Positions 49,321 to 59,799 of a stretch of DNA of 64,000 nt are shown in pieces. Each line of letters begins with the position of its first letter. Within the stretch, counting starts at the first letter, position 1. This DNA comes from Clostridia bacterium (GTDB taxonomy: Bacteria; Bacillota; Clostridia; UMGS1883). The translations under genes were made by a program, and so were the position numbers. The notes beneath the pieces were generated by a model. That model searched no databases and had not been told where the DNA came from. It worked only from the letters and a program-made list of their open reading frames with translations. The stretch covers positions 2,938 to 66,937 of the forward strand of contig JAFQQD010000036.1 in the NCBI GenBank assembly GCA_017411435.1, written 5' to 3'.

Positions 49321-50508
49321 TTATATATTTTCAATCAAATCGATAAAGTTCTCTTTGCAGATACCGTAGCCGAAGCTCTCTGAGCGCATCTTTGCAAGAC
49401 GCGCGTATTTTTCGCGAAGTTCTTTATCCTCTGTCATACGCTTCATGGCGGTGTAAAGGTGCTCTTCTGCCTCGGTAAGAGCTTCACTTTCCCATTCTTC
49501 CTCATTTTCAAGGGGCGTTGTGATTATGCCAAACTGCGCCTCCTCTACCCCGTTACTTACTGTATCAATGGGTGTATCGGGAGCAAGGATTTCCCTCGGG
49601 CCTGATTTACAGTCTGCCGCAATTATGGGAAGCGAGCATACCATAGCCTCAGTCATAGAATTGGGGAAGCCTTCAAAAAGTGAGGAAAGGACATATATAT
49701 CCGATTTGGCTATGAATGAAAACGGGTTGGGGTGTCTGTCGGTAAGGACTATACTGTCCTCCAGGTTAAACTTTTGTATGAGATTAACTACCTTTTCGTC
49801 TATCTGTCCTACCATAATAAGTGCGGTGTTTTCGTTTTCCCCGTGCAATTTTCTGAATGCTTTTATAAGGTGCCAGTAACCTTTCTGATACATTTGGCGT
49901 CCGACTGTGATAAAGGTTATCTTCCCCTCTGTCTTTGAAAGGTTATAGTCACATTCCTTTTTCATTTGCTCTTCGATTTCAGCTATATCGTAGGGGTTAT
50001 AGATTACTTTCAGTTTTTCTTTCGGGATGTTGTAATTTTTTATATAGAGGTCTTCGATAACTTTTGTAACGGGAACAACTTTGTCTGCCCTTTTATAAAG
50101 CATTTTATAAAGTGCGTTTGTGATTTTGCCCAAGAGACTGCCTCTGTTTTCGGATGCGGAGTAGTTGCGGATTGAAACTGCGCTTTTGCATCCTTTCACC
50201 TTTGACAGAATGTTAACCATATTGGGACTGTCAAGGAAGCTTATAACACAGTCAAGTTTTAATTCCTTCTTTTTCTTTCTGAGTTTTCTTATTCTTTCAA
50301 GAAGGAGTAAAACCTTGGAAAGTGCGCCACTTTTTGCAGGAGCGTCAAGGTTTACAAGAGTTCCGCCGTGGTCGTATTCCATATATGTATCCTCAAACAA
50401 AATTACATAGATGTTATATTTGTCTTCAAGGATTTTGGATACTCTTGACACTACTCTTTCTGCGCCGCCGCTATTAAGTTCGGATATGAGAAGACCAATG
50501 TTTTTCAT
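49321..50508 (-). CDS. Family-4 glycosyltransferase.
   Basis: The product is 395 aa and GT4-like. Confidence 0.75.
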   Translation of the reverse strand: MKNIGLLISELNSGGAERVVSRVSKILEDKYNIYVILFEDTYMEYDHGGTLVNLDAPAKSGALSKVLLLLERIRKLRKKKKELKLDCVISFLDSPNMVNILSKVKGCKSAVSIRNYSASENRGSLLGKITNALYKMLYKRADKVVPVTKVIEDLYIKNYNIPKEKLKVIYNPYDIAEIEEQMKKECDYNLSKTEGKITFITVGRQMYQKGYWHLIKAFRKLHGENENTALIMVGQIDEKVVNLIQKFNLEDSIVLTDRHPNPFSFIAKSDIYVLSSLFEGFPNSMTEAMVCSLPIIAADCKSGPREILAPDTPIDTVSNGVEEAQFGIITTPLENEEEWESEALTEAEEHLYTAMKRMTEDKELREKYARLAKMRSESFGYGICKENFIDLIENI

Positions 50509-50519
50509 AGCGTTATCCT

Positions 50520-51074
50520 TTAATAGTTATTCTTCTTTGCAAGAAGTTCTTTTACTGTTTCTTCGTCAAAACGCATTTTTATAACTTTTGCAGGGATTCC
50601 GCCGACATAGGAAAACGGGGGAACACTCTTTGATACTACTGCACCTGCCGCAACAACTGCACCATATCCGATAGTTACACCTTTTAAGATTGTACTGTTT
50701 GCGCCAATCCAGTTATCACCTTCAAAAATGACATCCTGATCGTCTTCGGGGCGCTTATCACTATCGGTGAAATTTGTCATATAGCGTCCGGGAATATCGG
50801 TAATGTGGTTTCCCGTAACAACCGATACCTGGGGCGCGAACATGACATGGTCACCAACGATGATTTTTGCCCTTGTGGTAAGGAACATACACCGCTCGCC
50901 GATTGAAACATCGTTTCCCACTGATACATTTTCCCATCCGCTGACATCAAAACCGCGTCCAAATGATACATCCTTACCACAGGAGGCCATCATTTTCTTT
51001 TTCATTGGAGTAGCTATGAATTTATTCCACGCTCTGGGAAACAGACTTGCAAATTTGTATATTGCTTTTAACAT
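50520..51074 (-). CDS. Hexapeptide-repeat acetyltransferase.
   Basis: Left-handed beta-helix repeats are present. Confidence 0.8.
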   Translation of the reverse strand: MLKAIYKFASLFPRAWNKFIATPMKKKMMASCGKDVSFGRGFDVSGWENVSVGNDVSIGERCMFLTTRAKIIVGDHVMFAPQVSVVTGNHITDIPGRYMTNFTDSDKRPEDDQDVIFEGDNWIGANSTILKGVTIGYGAVVAAGAVVSKSVPPFSYVGGIPAKVIKMRFDEETVKELLAKKNNY

Positions 51075-51075
51075 A

Positions 51076-52116
51076 TTACGCCTCGCTATAAATTTCTAAA
51101 AGAGTTTTAAGCACGGTTTCGCTTAAATATTCGCGCTTTACTTTTTCAAGATTGTGATGTGCCATTTTTACCCTTACATCCTGGGGTTTTATTTTTTCAA
51201 CTGCATCTTTTATGCTGTCTGAGTCTTTGAGTTTAATGAGAATTCCGCCCTCTTTTTCAATCATATCGGGCACGGAGCCTACGGGGGTGGAAATTATGGG
51301 AAGGCCGCACGCCATCGCTTCAAGGATGACAAGCGGAAAGCCTTCGGAATAAGACGGGAGAATGAGCGCGTCCATATTTTTAAGGATTTCCAAAACCTTA
51401 TCGTGTGATTTTGGTCCAACTTTTATAATGTTTTCCGCATCGCAGTTGCCGAGGAGATTATTCTCATCAGGACCGATGATGTGGATATTGATGTCTTCTA
51501 TCCCCTTTGATGCTTCAAGGAGTTCCAAAACGCCTTTATCCTCGGTCACTCTGCCGACAAAGGCAATGTCTTTCAGTTCTTGCCTTACGCTTGCCTCATC
51601 GACACAAACCTTTTCAATAAAGTTGGGGATGATAAGTGCCTTATCCGTATATTTCTGCGCGAAAGAAAGTGAGTTTGCGTTAAGCGCAAGAATCTTTTTT
51701 GAAATTCGGCAGATTACCTTAAAGAAAAATTTCGCTACGGGGTTATTTACATTCGTGTCAAGATTGCAGTGACAATGATAGATAATATCCGCCTTTTTAC
51801 GAAGGGAGAAAAGTATCACTGTATCCCTGATAAGCCCCATGGTAAAGCACGATGCGTTGTAATGAAGAGTCCTGGTATCCTCAGTTTTGAGAAATGCCTT
51901 TATCTTTTTTTTAATAGCAAGTGCTCTTTTGATTTCGTCTGCTATATTTACTTTTTTATCGTTATTTACCCTTTCTCCGACAATGCCTGAGTTTACGAGC
52001 AAAACCTCACACCCAAGTTGAGGCATCCTTTCCATAACCTCTTGTGTCCACGAGGATATGCCGCCAATCGGTGGGGGAAGCGGAGAAACTAAAATAAGTT
52101 TATTTACACTTTCCAT
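51076..52116 (-). CDS. Family-4 glycosyltransferase.
   Basis: The product is 346 aa. Confidence 0.75.
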   Translation of the reverse strand: MESVNKLILVSPLPPPIGGISSWTQEVMERMPQLGCEVLLVNSGIVGERVNNDKKVNIADEIKRALAIKKKIKAFLKTEDTRTLHYNASCFTMGLIRDTVILFSLRKKADIIYHCHCNLDTNVNNPVAKFFFKVICRISKKILALNANSLSFAQKYTDKALIIPNFIEKVCVDEASVRQELKDIAFVGRVTEDKGVLELLEASKGIEDINIHIIGPDENNLLGNCDAENIIKVGPKSHDKVLEILKNMDALILPSYSEGFPLVILEAMACGLPIISTPVGSVPDMIEKEGGILIKLKDSDSIKDAVEKIKPQDVRVKMAHHNLEKVKREYLSETVLKTLLEIYSEA

Positions 52117-53338
52117 TACACAAATTCTCCATTACGGTCACATACGCACCTGCGCATATTTCTTTTGTTGCGTTTTTCTCAACATATTCGCGAAGGTTTA
52201 TATCCTCTCCTTCGCCGTTTTTCCATTTTGTGTATTTTCTTTCGATTGCGTCTGCCAGAAGTTTAGCATCTCCTGCAGCAACACATTCGCCTGCGTTTGA
52301 TGCACGGAGCATTTCCGCAAGGTCACTTTCTGTATCAAAGGACGCAATTATAGGAGTATTGCACGCCATGATGCTCCAGGTCTTACTCGGGAAACTTGCA
52401 CCGCCTGTTCCCTCTTTACAAGTTATCAGCGAAACATCTCCGAGAGAATAAACCTCGGAAACACGCGATTGAGGAAGAAGCGGGTTTATGATGACATTGG
52501 AAAGACTTTGCGCCTCATTTTTTGCGTCTTCAAAATATGAGCCGCCGCCAAAAATTACGAACTGTATTTCGCGGTTTTCTTCAAGTTCCTTTGCCGCCTT
52601 GAGCACGATGTCTGCACCCTGTGCCGCACCGAAATTACCTGCATAGACTACAAGGAACTTATCTTTATCAACACCGAATTCGTCAATAATTGTATTTTTT
52701 TCGCGTTCAACGGGATAAACATTATCAATGTTAACCCAGTTTGAAATCATTTCTATCTTTTCTGCCGGAACACCTTTGCGCAGAAGGTTCTTTCTGATAC
52801 CTTTGCTGATAGTTACAATCACATCGACCTTTTTATAGGTGTACTTTTCAAGGATTCTTCCTGCGCGCCATATGAGGCTTCCCTCTTTTGTCATTTTTGC
52901 ATTTACGAGAGAGTCGGGGAAAACATCCTGAAGTGAATAGACAATCGAGCATTTTAATTTTTTCTTGAGCATTGACATCAGAAGCCCCTGCGTGGGAGGT
53001 GTGCTTTCGGAAAAAAGCATATCTATACCCTTGTATTTTTTGCCTATCTGATACCCTCTGAAGTTACACCAGAAATAGCGAAATGCTCTCGAGAGAATAT
53101 TACTTTTTTCTTTTGGCACCCAAAAACGCTCAATCTCTATTTTTCCGTCCATGAGTGTTTCGTGCTTTATATGTCGGTACTTTTCCTGGGTTTCTTTATC
53201 AATTCCTCTTTGAGGTATGGGACATATTACTTTTAATTCGTGCCCACGCTCAATGAGAGAATTAATGATGTCGTTTTCAAGATGTGTAAACGCTGTTATT
53301 TCTGGATTAAAATATGCGTCGGGAATTAAAACCCTCAT
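52100..53338 (-). CDS. Family-4 glycosyltransferase.
   Basis: The product is 412 aa. Confidence 0.7.
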   Translation of the reverse strand: MRVLIPDAYFNPEITAFTHLENDIINSLIERGHELKVICPIPQRGIDKETQEKYRHIKHETLMDGKIEIERFWVPKEKSNILSRAFRYFWCNFRGYQIGKKYKGIDMLFSESTPPTQGLLMSMLKKKLKCSIVYSLQDVFPDSLVNAKMTKEGSLIWRAGRILEKYTYKKVDVIVTISKGIRKNLLRKGVPAEKIEMISNWVNIDNVYPVEREKNTIIDEFGVDKDKFLVVYAGNFGAAQGADIVLKAAKELEENREIQFVIFGGGSYFEDAKNEAQSLSNVIINPLLPQSRVSEVYSLGDVSLITCKEGTGGASFPSKTWSIMACNTPIIASFDTESDLAEMLRASNAGECVAAGDAKLLADAIERKYTKWKNGEGEDINLREYVEKNATKEICAGAYVTVMENLCNGKCK

Positions 53339-53358
53339 TTGCTTTTCCTCCGTTAGTT

Positions 53359-54099
53359 TCAGGCAACGGGAAGTTTCTCTTCCTCTGCCTTCTTTTCTGC
53401 GTCCTTGAATTCAACACCGACTACTGCAAGGACGGTCATTATCATAAGTTTTATATCGTAAAAGAAACTGAATTTTTCTATGTACGCGAGGTTGTATGCC
53501 ATTTTGCCGGGAAGGACTTCCTCGACATATGTATCGTCTGCGTTTTCTGCGGCGGAGAGAAGCTTATCCTCATCCTTGTAGAAAATGCTTGCAAGCGATG
53601 TTACGCCTGCCGGAAGAAGGAGTGTGGCGTTCATCTCGTCAGTATATCTGTCAACATACTTCTGCACCTCGGGACGGGTGCCGACAAAACTCATATCGCC
53701 TGTCAATATATTTATAAGCTGTGGTGTTTCGTCAAGACGGAACTTTCTGAGAAATGCACCAACGCGTGTTATTCGGGGGTCGTGGTTTACGGTTACGAGC
53801 GTCCCTATCTTGTCAGCGTTTACAACCATTGTACGGAATTTGAATATGCGGAATATTTTGCCGTAAGTTGTAACGCGCTCCTGTCTGTAAAAGACAGGCC
53901 CCTTTGAATCAAGTTTAATTGATATGGCAAGGATTAAGTATAGCGGTGACAAAATGATAATCGCAATAAGTGCCACTGTGAAGTCAAATATTCTTTTTAC
54001 AATAATACTTGTTTTTCTTTTCTGCAGTTTTTCGTAATATGTACTCACTTCTTCGCTCTGAAGAAAATCGGGGAGTGCGGCATACTTTTTAAGTATCAC
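53359..54099 (-). CDS. Small priming sugar-phosphate transferase of the PglC/WbaP C-terminal-domain type.
   Basis: The product is 246 aa with one N-terminal transmembrane segment and the motif RPEVQKY. Confidence 0.85.
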   Translation of the reverse strand: MILKKYAALPDFLQSEEVSTYYEKLQKRKTSIIVKRIFDFTVALIAIIILSPLYLILAISIKLDSKGPVFYRQERVTTYGKIFRIFKFRTMVVNADKIGTLVTVNHDPRITRVGAFLRKFRLDETPQLINILTGDMSFVGTRPEVQKYVDRYTDEMNATLLLPAGVTSLASIFYKDEDKLLSAAENADDTYVEEVLPGKMAYNLAYIEKFSFFYDIKLMIMTVLAVVGVEFKDAEKKAEEEKLPVA

Positions 54100-54105
54100 T
54101 GTATA

Positions 54106-55314
54106 TCAACCTTTCAGAAGTCTGGTAAATGTTTCCGCCACAAGCCTTGCATCGTCAAGTGTCATTTTCGTATTGAGCGGAAGCGAAATTTCGTTTTCAA
54201 ACTGTGCGTAAGCATTGGGGAAATCCTTGATATCAAAGCCCAGATTTTTATACGCAGTATGCATCGGTAGGGGCTTGTAGTGAACATTGCACATAATGCC
54301 TTCCTCTGCCATCCTTATGATAAGTTCGTTTCTGAACGAGCTGTCTTCCCCATTAAGACGAACAAGGTACAAATGCCCGTCTGAGAGAAAATCTTCGCCG
54401 TGATGGTGGAGATACTGTACATCAAGGCTACTCATTGCCTCGTCATAAATTCCAACGATTTCGTGGCGTTTTTCTAAGATTGAGTCATACCTGTCAAGTT
54501 GAGCCTGTCCGATTGCCGCCATAATGTCGGTCATATTGCATTTATACGCAGGAGAAACGATGTCATATTCCCACGCTCCAACCTGAGTTTTCGCAAGTGC
54601 ATCCTTACTCTGACCGTGAAGTGAAAGGAGCATATATTCGCGGTAAATGTCATCGTTTGAAATGCCGTTGATATTTCTCCAAGTAACTGCGCCACCCTCG
54701 GCAGTTGTAAGGTTTTTTACTGCGTGGAAAGAGAATGATGTAAAGTCAGCAATGCTACCTGCCATCTTCCCTTTCTGCATTGAGCCGAAACTGTGCGCAC
54801 CGTCTGCAAGAACTGCAATTCGTCCCATTTTCTTTTGAATGTCGTTTGACGGTCTGAAGATATTTTTCTTCGATTCCACAACACTGAAGATTTTTTCGTA
54901 GTCGCAGATAACACCGCCGAGGTCAACGGGGATTATGGCTTTTGTCCTGTCAGTTATAAGCTTACCCAGTGCGTCATAATCCATCTCAAAAGAATCCTTT
55001 TTCGTGTCGCAAAGAACAAGTTTTGCGCCGACATGCACTGCAACACTTGCTGACGCTGTATATGTATATGCCGAAGTGATTACCTCGTCCCCTTCGCCTA
55101 TTCCGAGAAGACGCAAAGTAAGTTCCATAGCTGCTGTTGCAGAGTTAAGACATACTGCCCTGTCAGTACCGCAATATGTCGCAATTTCCTTTTCGAACTG
55201 CTTTGTTTTGGGACCTGTTGTAATCCATCCGCTGCGCAAAACTTCTGATACTGCATCTATCTCGGCCTGTGTGATATCGGGGGGAGAAAAGGGAACTTTT
55301 ACTGACATTTTCAT
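54106..55314 (-). CDS. DegT-family aminotransferase, PglE-like. It is the first gene of the locus.
   Basis: The product is 402 aa. The motif is FSFHAVKNLTTAEGG. Confidence 0.85.
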   Translation of the reverse strand: MKMSVKVPFSPPDITQAEIDAVSEVLRSGWITTGPKTKQFEKEIATYCGTDRAVCLNSATAAMELTLRLLGIGEGDEVITSAYTYTASASVAVHVGAKLVLCDTKKDSFEMDYDALGKLITDRTKAIIPVDLGGVICDYEKIFSVVESKKNIFRPSNDIQKKMGRIAVLADGAHSFGSMQKGKMAGSIADFTSFSFHAVKNLTTAEGGAVTWRNINGISNDDIYREYMLLSLHGQSKDALAKTQVGAWEYDIVSPAYKCNMTDIMAAIGQAQLDRYDSILEKRHEIVGIYDEAMSSLDVQYLHHHGEDFLSDGHLYLVRLNGEDSSFRNELIIRMAEEGIMCNVHYKPLPMHTAYKNLGFDIKDFPNAYAQFENEISLPLNTKMTLDDARLVAETFTRLLKG

Positions 55315-55934
55315 TGCCTCATTTCAACAATTTTTGGGCATAATTATACCCATACTATTTTAATATAACATAATATAAGTAGATAGTCAATACAAACTGC
55401 ACTAAAAAAGTGCTGTTTGCATAGGAACATATAGCACTTTTTCACAATTTTTATATATTTTTGTAAAAATCGAAAAAGGCCTTTTTGAGCTCGTTTTTTG
55501 TGTGGCTTTAATTTTAGTTCGTTTTATTCCATGTTTTTATATCATCTAAACACAACTAAAGATTTTTTCTTGTTTTCCTCACGCCTTTTTTTACACAGCT
55601 TAAGCCACACACTCTTTCTTATTAAACGCTTTATATTTCGGATTTTTTACAGTTTAGAAAATTACTCCGTCACCTTTTTAATGCAAATTTCCATATGCTT
55701 AAGGTGAAGATTTTTATTATTTTTTTGTTGTAAAAATTACTGAATTTTCCTGTTTTTTCATTTATCCGGACTTTCGGTAAACTTGCTTTGTTTTTATCTG
55801 GTTCATTCTTTTTCGTTCCTCAAATATCTTTTAGAAATAAACCTTTACTTATTGCGCAAACTGTGGTAATATATATACTGATGTGTTTTAATATCAAATA
55901 GGAAGATTTTTCCAGTACGAAAAAGAGGTATATC

Positions 55935-56939
55935 ATGATTAACGGTAAAAAGGTTATTTTCTCAGGAATTCAGCCATCCAGCGATTCAATTACACTTGGT
56001 AATTATCTCGGAGCGCTCAAGAACTGGGTTTCTCTTCAGGACGAATACAGCTGTATTTTCAGTGTCGTTGATATGCACGCAATAACTGTAAGACAGGAAG
56101 CCGCACAACTTCGTAAGAACACGCTTTCGCTACTTGCCCAGTACATTGCATGCGGACTTGATGCAGAAAAAAATATTATGTTTATTCAAAGTCATGTTCC
56201 TGCACACGCAGAGCTTGGCTGGATACTTAACTGCTTTACGCAGATGGGCGAGCTTAACCGCATGACACAGTTTAAGGATAAATCACAAAAGCACCCCGAA
56301 AACATCAATGCAGGTCTTTACACATATCCTGTTCTGATGGCAGCGGATATTCTTCTTTATCAGACGGACCTTGTTCCCGTAGGTGCTGATCAGAAGCAGC
56401 ATCTGGAGCTTGCGCGCGATATCGCTCACCGTTTCAACACTCTTTACAGCGATACATTCGTAATTCCTGATGCGTATATCCCTGCAAAGAATGCAGGTGC
56501 AAAGATTATGAGTCTTCAGACACCCACTGCGAAAATGTCGAAGAGCGACCCCAATCCCAACGGTTGCATATTCCTTCTTGATAAGCCTGAGGATATTATG
56601 CGCAAGTTAAAACGCGCAGTGACGGACTCTGAGGCGGAAGTTTGCTACCGCGAGGGTAAGGATGGTGTCAACAATCTGCTTACCATCTACTCTACCGTTA
56701 CAGGCAAGAGTATTGACGAGGCAGTTTCTGAATTTGCCGGAAAAGGATACGGCGATTTCAAAACCGCTGTCGGCGAGGCTATTGTTGAGCATCTTCGTCC
56801 GATTCAGGAAAAATATGATGAGCTTATGAAAAACAAGGACTATCTTGAAAGTGTATATAAAAACGGCGCTGAAGCAGCAAACTGTGTTGCACGCCGTACA
56901 ATAACGAAAGCAAAAAAGAAAGTCGGTTTTATTATCTAA
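55935..56939 (+). CDS. trpS: Tryptophan--tRNA ligase.
   Basis: The motifs GIQPS and KMSKS are present. Confidence 0.95.
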   Translation: MINGKKVIFSGIQPSSDSITLGNYLGALKNWVSLQDEYSCIFSVVDMHAITVRQEAAQLRKNTLSLLAQYIACGLDAEKNIMFIQSHVPAHAELGWILNCFTQMGELNRMTQFKDKSQKHPENINAGLYTYPVLMAADILLYQTDLVPVGADQKQHLELARDIAHRFNTLYSDTFVIPDAYIPAKNAGAKIMSLQTPTAKMSKSDPNPNGCIFLLDKPEDIMRKLKRAVTDSEAEVCYREGKDGVNNLLTIYSTVTGKSIDEAVSEFAGKGYGDFKTAVGEAIVEHLRPIQEKYDELMKNKDYLESVYKNGAEAANCVARRTITKAKKKVGFII

Positions 56940-56962
56940 GCAGTTCCAAGGAGTAAAACATT

Positions 56963-58012
56963 ATGAGAAACGATATCCTGATTACATTTATATTGGCATT
57001 TGTAATAACATTTGCCACCACTCCGTTTGTCAAAAAGCTCGCATTCAAAATCGGCGCTGTTGATGTTCCCAAGGACAACCGCCGAATGCATAAAAAACCT
57101 ACTGCAAGACTTGGCGGACTTGCAATATTCTTTGGTTTCATTATAAGCGTTCTGTTCTTTGCCAATGTGGACAAGGAGATTTGGGGACTTATTATCGGCT
57201 GTATTATTATAGTGACGCTTGGAATATTTGACGATATTTACGCACTCAGTGCAAAATTCAAACTCCTTGTGCAGATTGTTGCGGCACTGTGCCCTATTCT
57301 TGCAGGTGTAAGAATCGACTTTATAAGGGTTCCTGCTTTTATTGCAGAGTATGGGTATATAGGACTCGGCTGGTTTGCAATTCCGGTTACATTAATATGG
57401 ATAATTGCAATCACAAACGCAACAAATTTGATTGATGGTCTTGACGGTCTTGCCTGCGGTGTTTCATCTATTTCAGCACTGACTCTCCTTTGTATAGCGA
57501 TTATTGTTGGTGAGAGTGAGGTTGCTTTTGTAACAAGCGCACTTGCAGGTGCGTGTTTCGGATTTTTGCCGTACAATTTCAACCCTGCCAAGCTCTTTAT
57601 GGGAGATACGGGTTCGATGTTTCTGGGGTTCGTTCTTGCGTGCGTTTCCGTTTTGGGACTTTTCAAGGGATATGCAGTAATTTCCCTTGCCGCCCCGATT
57701 CTTGTTTTGGGGCTTCCGATTTTCGATACGGTTTCCGCAATACTGCGCCGCCTTAAGAATCATCAGCCTATTATGGCACCTGACAGAGGTCATCTTCATC
57801 ACAAATTGATTGATGCCGGCTTTTCACAAAAAAGAGCCGTTACAACAATATATGCTTTGTGTCTTATCCTTTGCATTGTTGCAGTAGGACTTATTGCAAC
57901 GGGTGCGATTTCTCTGTGGGTTCTGGCATTAGTCCTTTTAGGATTTGTTTTATTTCTGTGGCTTACTCCCAGAATAATCGATGCGCTCACAGATAAGGAA
58001 GAACACAAGTAA
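56963..58012 (+). CDS. Family-4 undecaprenyl-phosphate HexNAc-1-phosphate transferase of the TagO/WecA type.
   Basis: The product has about 10 transmembrane segments. The motifs NATNLIDGLDGLA and MGDTGSMFLG are present. Confidence 0.85.
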   Translation: MRNDILITFILAFVITFATTPFVKKLAFKIGAVDVPKDNRRMHKKPTARLGGLAIFFGFIISVLFFANVDKEIWGLIIGCIIIVTLGIFDDIYALSAKFKLLVQIVAALCPILAGVRIDFIRVPAFIAEYGYIGLGWFAIPVTLIWIIAITNATNLIDGLDGLACGVSSISALTLLCIAIIVGESEVAFVTSALAGACFGFLPYNFNPAKLFMGDTGSMFLGFVLACVSVLGLFKGYAVISLAAPILVLGLPIFDTVSAILRRLKNHQPIMAPDRGHLHHKLIDAGFSQKRAVTTIYALCLILCIVAVGLIATGAISLWVLALVLLGFVLFLWLTPRIIDALTDKEEHK

Positions 58013-58028
58013 TTTCAGGAGGAAATTT

Positions 58029-59168
58029 ATGATTAAAGTATTTACAGTTTTCGGCACAAGACCTGAGGCAATCAAAATGGCTCCGCTTATTTATGAACTC
58101 AAATCAAGACCTTCTATTGATTGTAAGGTTTGTGTTACCGCACAACATCGCGAAATGCTTGATATGGTTCTCAATCTTTTCGATATCAAGCCCGATTTTG
58201 ACCTTAACATAATGACAGAGCGTCAGACTCTTGCCGGAATCACAACAAAGGCACTTACCGGACTTGAAGAAGTTTTCCGTCAGGAAAAACCCGACATTGT
58301 TCTTGTTCACGGTGATACATCCACCACATTTGCAGGCAGCCTTGCTGCATATTATAATCAGATTAAGGTTGGCCATGTGGAGGCAGGTCTTCGTACTTAT
58401 GACAAATATTTCCCCTTCCCTGAGGAAATAAACCGCCGTCTTACAGGCGTTTTATCTGACCTTCATTTTTCTCCCACAAAGAACAACCGTGCAAATCTTA
58501 TAAATGAAGGTGTCAACCCCGACAGCATATTCGTTACAGGTAACACTGTTATCGATGCATTCAAGACTACAATCAAAAAGGAATTTTCTTTCGAAGGAAC
58601 TCCTCTCGAGGGAATAGATATGGATAAGCGCATAGTTCTTATGACTGCGCACCGCAGGGAAAACCTGGGCGCTCCGCTTGAAAATATCTGCCGCGCTGTA
58701 GCTAGACTTGTCCGCGATTTCCCCGATATAGAAGTTATTTACCCCGTTCATCTCAATCCTGCAGTTCGCGAAACTGCGAATGCAATTCTGGGTAATATTC
58801 CGCGTGTACATCTTGTAGAACCGCTTGATGTTGATGTTCTTCATAACGCAATGAATAAGGCTCATCTCATCCTTACCGATTCAGGCGGGCTTCAGGAGGA
58901 GGCTCCTGCGCTCGGTAAGCCCGTACTCGTTCTTCGCGGCGAAACCGAAAGGCCCGAGGCAGCAGAAGCAGGCACAGTTAAAATTGCAGGTACGGAAGAA
59001 GATATCATTTATTCTCTTGCATCACAACTTCTTATTGATGATGCAGAATACCACAAAATGAGTGTCGCAGTTAACCCCTACGGTGACGGAAACGCATCAA
59101 GAAGAATCGTTGATGCCATCCTTTACCATTTTGGTGTTACAAGCTGCCGTCCTGTCGAGTGGGTATAA
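58029..59168 (+). CDS. wecB: Non-hydrolysing UDP-GlcNAc 2-epimerase.
   Basis: The start was trimmed to MIKVFTVFGTRPEAIKMAPL, which has an AGGAGG site. Confidence 0.9.
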   Translation: MIKVFTVFGTRPEAIKMAPLIYELKSRPSIDCKVCVTAQHREMLDMVLNLFDIKPDFDLNIMTERQTLAGITTKALTGLEEVFRQEKPDIVLVHGDTSTTFAGSLAAYYNQIKVGHVEAGLRTYDKYFPFPEEINRRLTGVLSDLHFSPTKNNRANLINEGVNPDSIFVTGNTVIDAFKTTIKKEFSFEGTPLEGIDMDKRIVLMTAHRRENLGAPLENICRAVARLVRDFPDIEVIYPVHLNPAVRETANAILGNIPRVHLVEPLDVDVLHNAMNKAHLILTDSGGLQEEAPALGKPVLVLRGETERPEAAEAGTVKIAGTEEDIIYSLASQLLIDDAEYHKMSVAVNPYGDGNASRRIVDAILYHFGVTSCRPVEWV

Positions 59169-59171
59169 ATT

Positions 59172-59411
59172 ATGGATAAAGATTCAAAAAAAGAGATTTT
59201 TGAGGCTATAAGTGCCATAACAGGTCTCGGTCTCAGTGTTGTTATATCGTTTCTTTTGTGGGTCGGAATTGCCATGTGGCTGCAAAACAAATACTCGCTG
59301 GGAGATTACATCATGGTTATAGGTGTTCTTCTGGGATTAGGCAGTGGCTCGATGACTTTTTGGAAATTCTGTACCCGAGACGCAAAGAAAGGGAAAAAAG
59401 ATGAAAAATGA
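59172..59411 (+). CDS. atpZ: AtpZ/AtpI-family small membrane protein.
   Basis: The product is 79 aa with two transmembrane segments. Confidence 0.6.
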   Translation: MDKDSKKEIFEAISAITGLGLSVVISFLLWVGIAMWLQNKYSLGDYIMVIGVLLGLGSGSMTFWKFCTRDAKKGKKDEK

Positions 59412-59799
59412 TTCCGTATACAAAGACGCATCAAAGGTGTGTCTTGTAATACTTTTACTCAGCATAGTTGAATTTATAATTTTTTCCGTATTTTTATCGT
59501 TTCGCATAGATATCCTAATAGGTGTAGTGTACGGATGCGCATTTACCTGTGCCAATTTCTTTTATCTTGCCTATTCTGTAAAGAAGAGTCTTGAAAAAGG
59601 TCCTGCTGGAGCGAAGACACAGATGGCAATGAGTTATAATGCACGACTGTTGCTGACTGCGTGTATGGTAATTCTTGCGGCAAAAGTGGAAGCCATACAT
59701 TTCTGGGCGGCTATTATCCCTATTGTTTTCCAGCGAATTGCAACTCATATTGTAAGTATTCAATCCTCGCACAATAAAAAAGGAAGTGAGAATTCTTGA
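59401..59799 (+). CDS. atpI: ATP synthase protein I.
   Basis: The product is 132 aa. Confidence 0.6.
   Translation: MKNDSVYKDASKVCLVILLLSIVEFIIFSVFLSFRIDILIGVVYGCAFTCANFFYLAYSVKKSLEKGPAGAKTQMAMSYNARLLLTACMVILAAKVEAIHFWAAIIPIVFQRIATHIVSIQSSHNKKGSENS

Noticed and set aside
55315-55934. A T-box leader for trpS.
   Set aside because: No T-box sequence and no specifier or antiterminator architecture were found.
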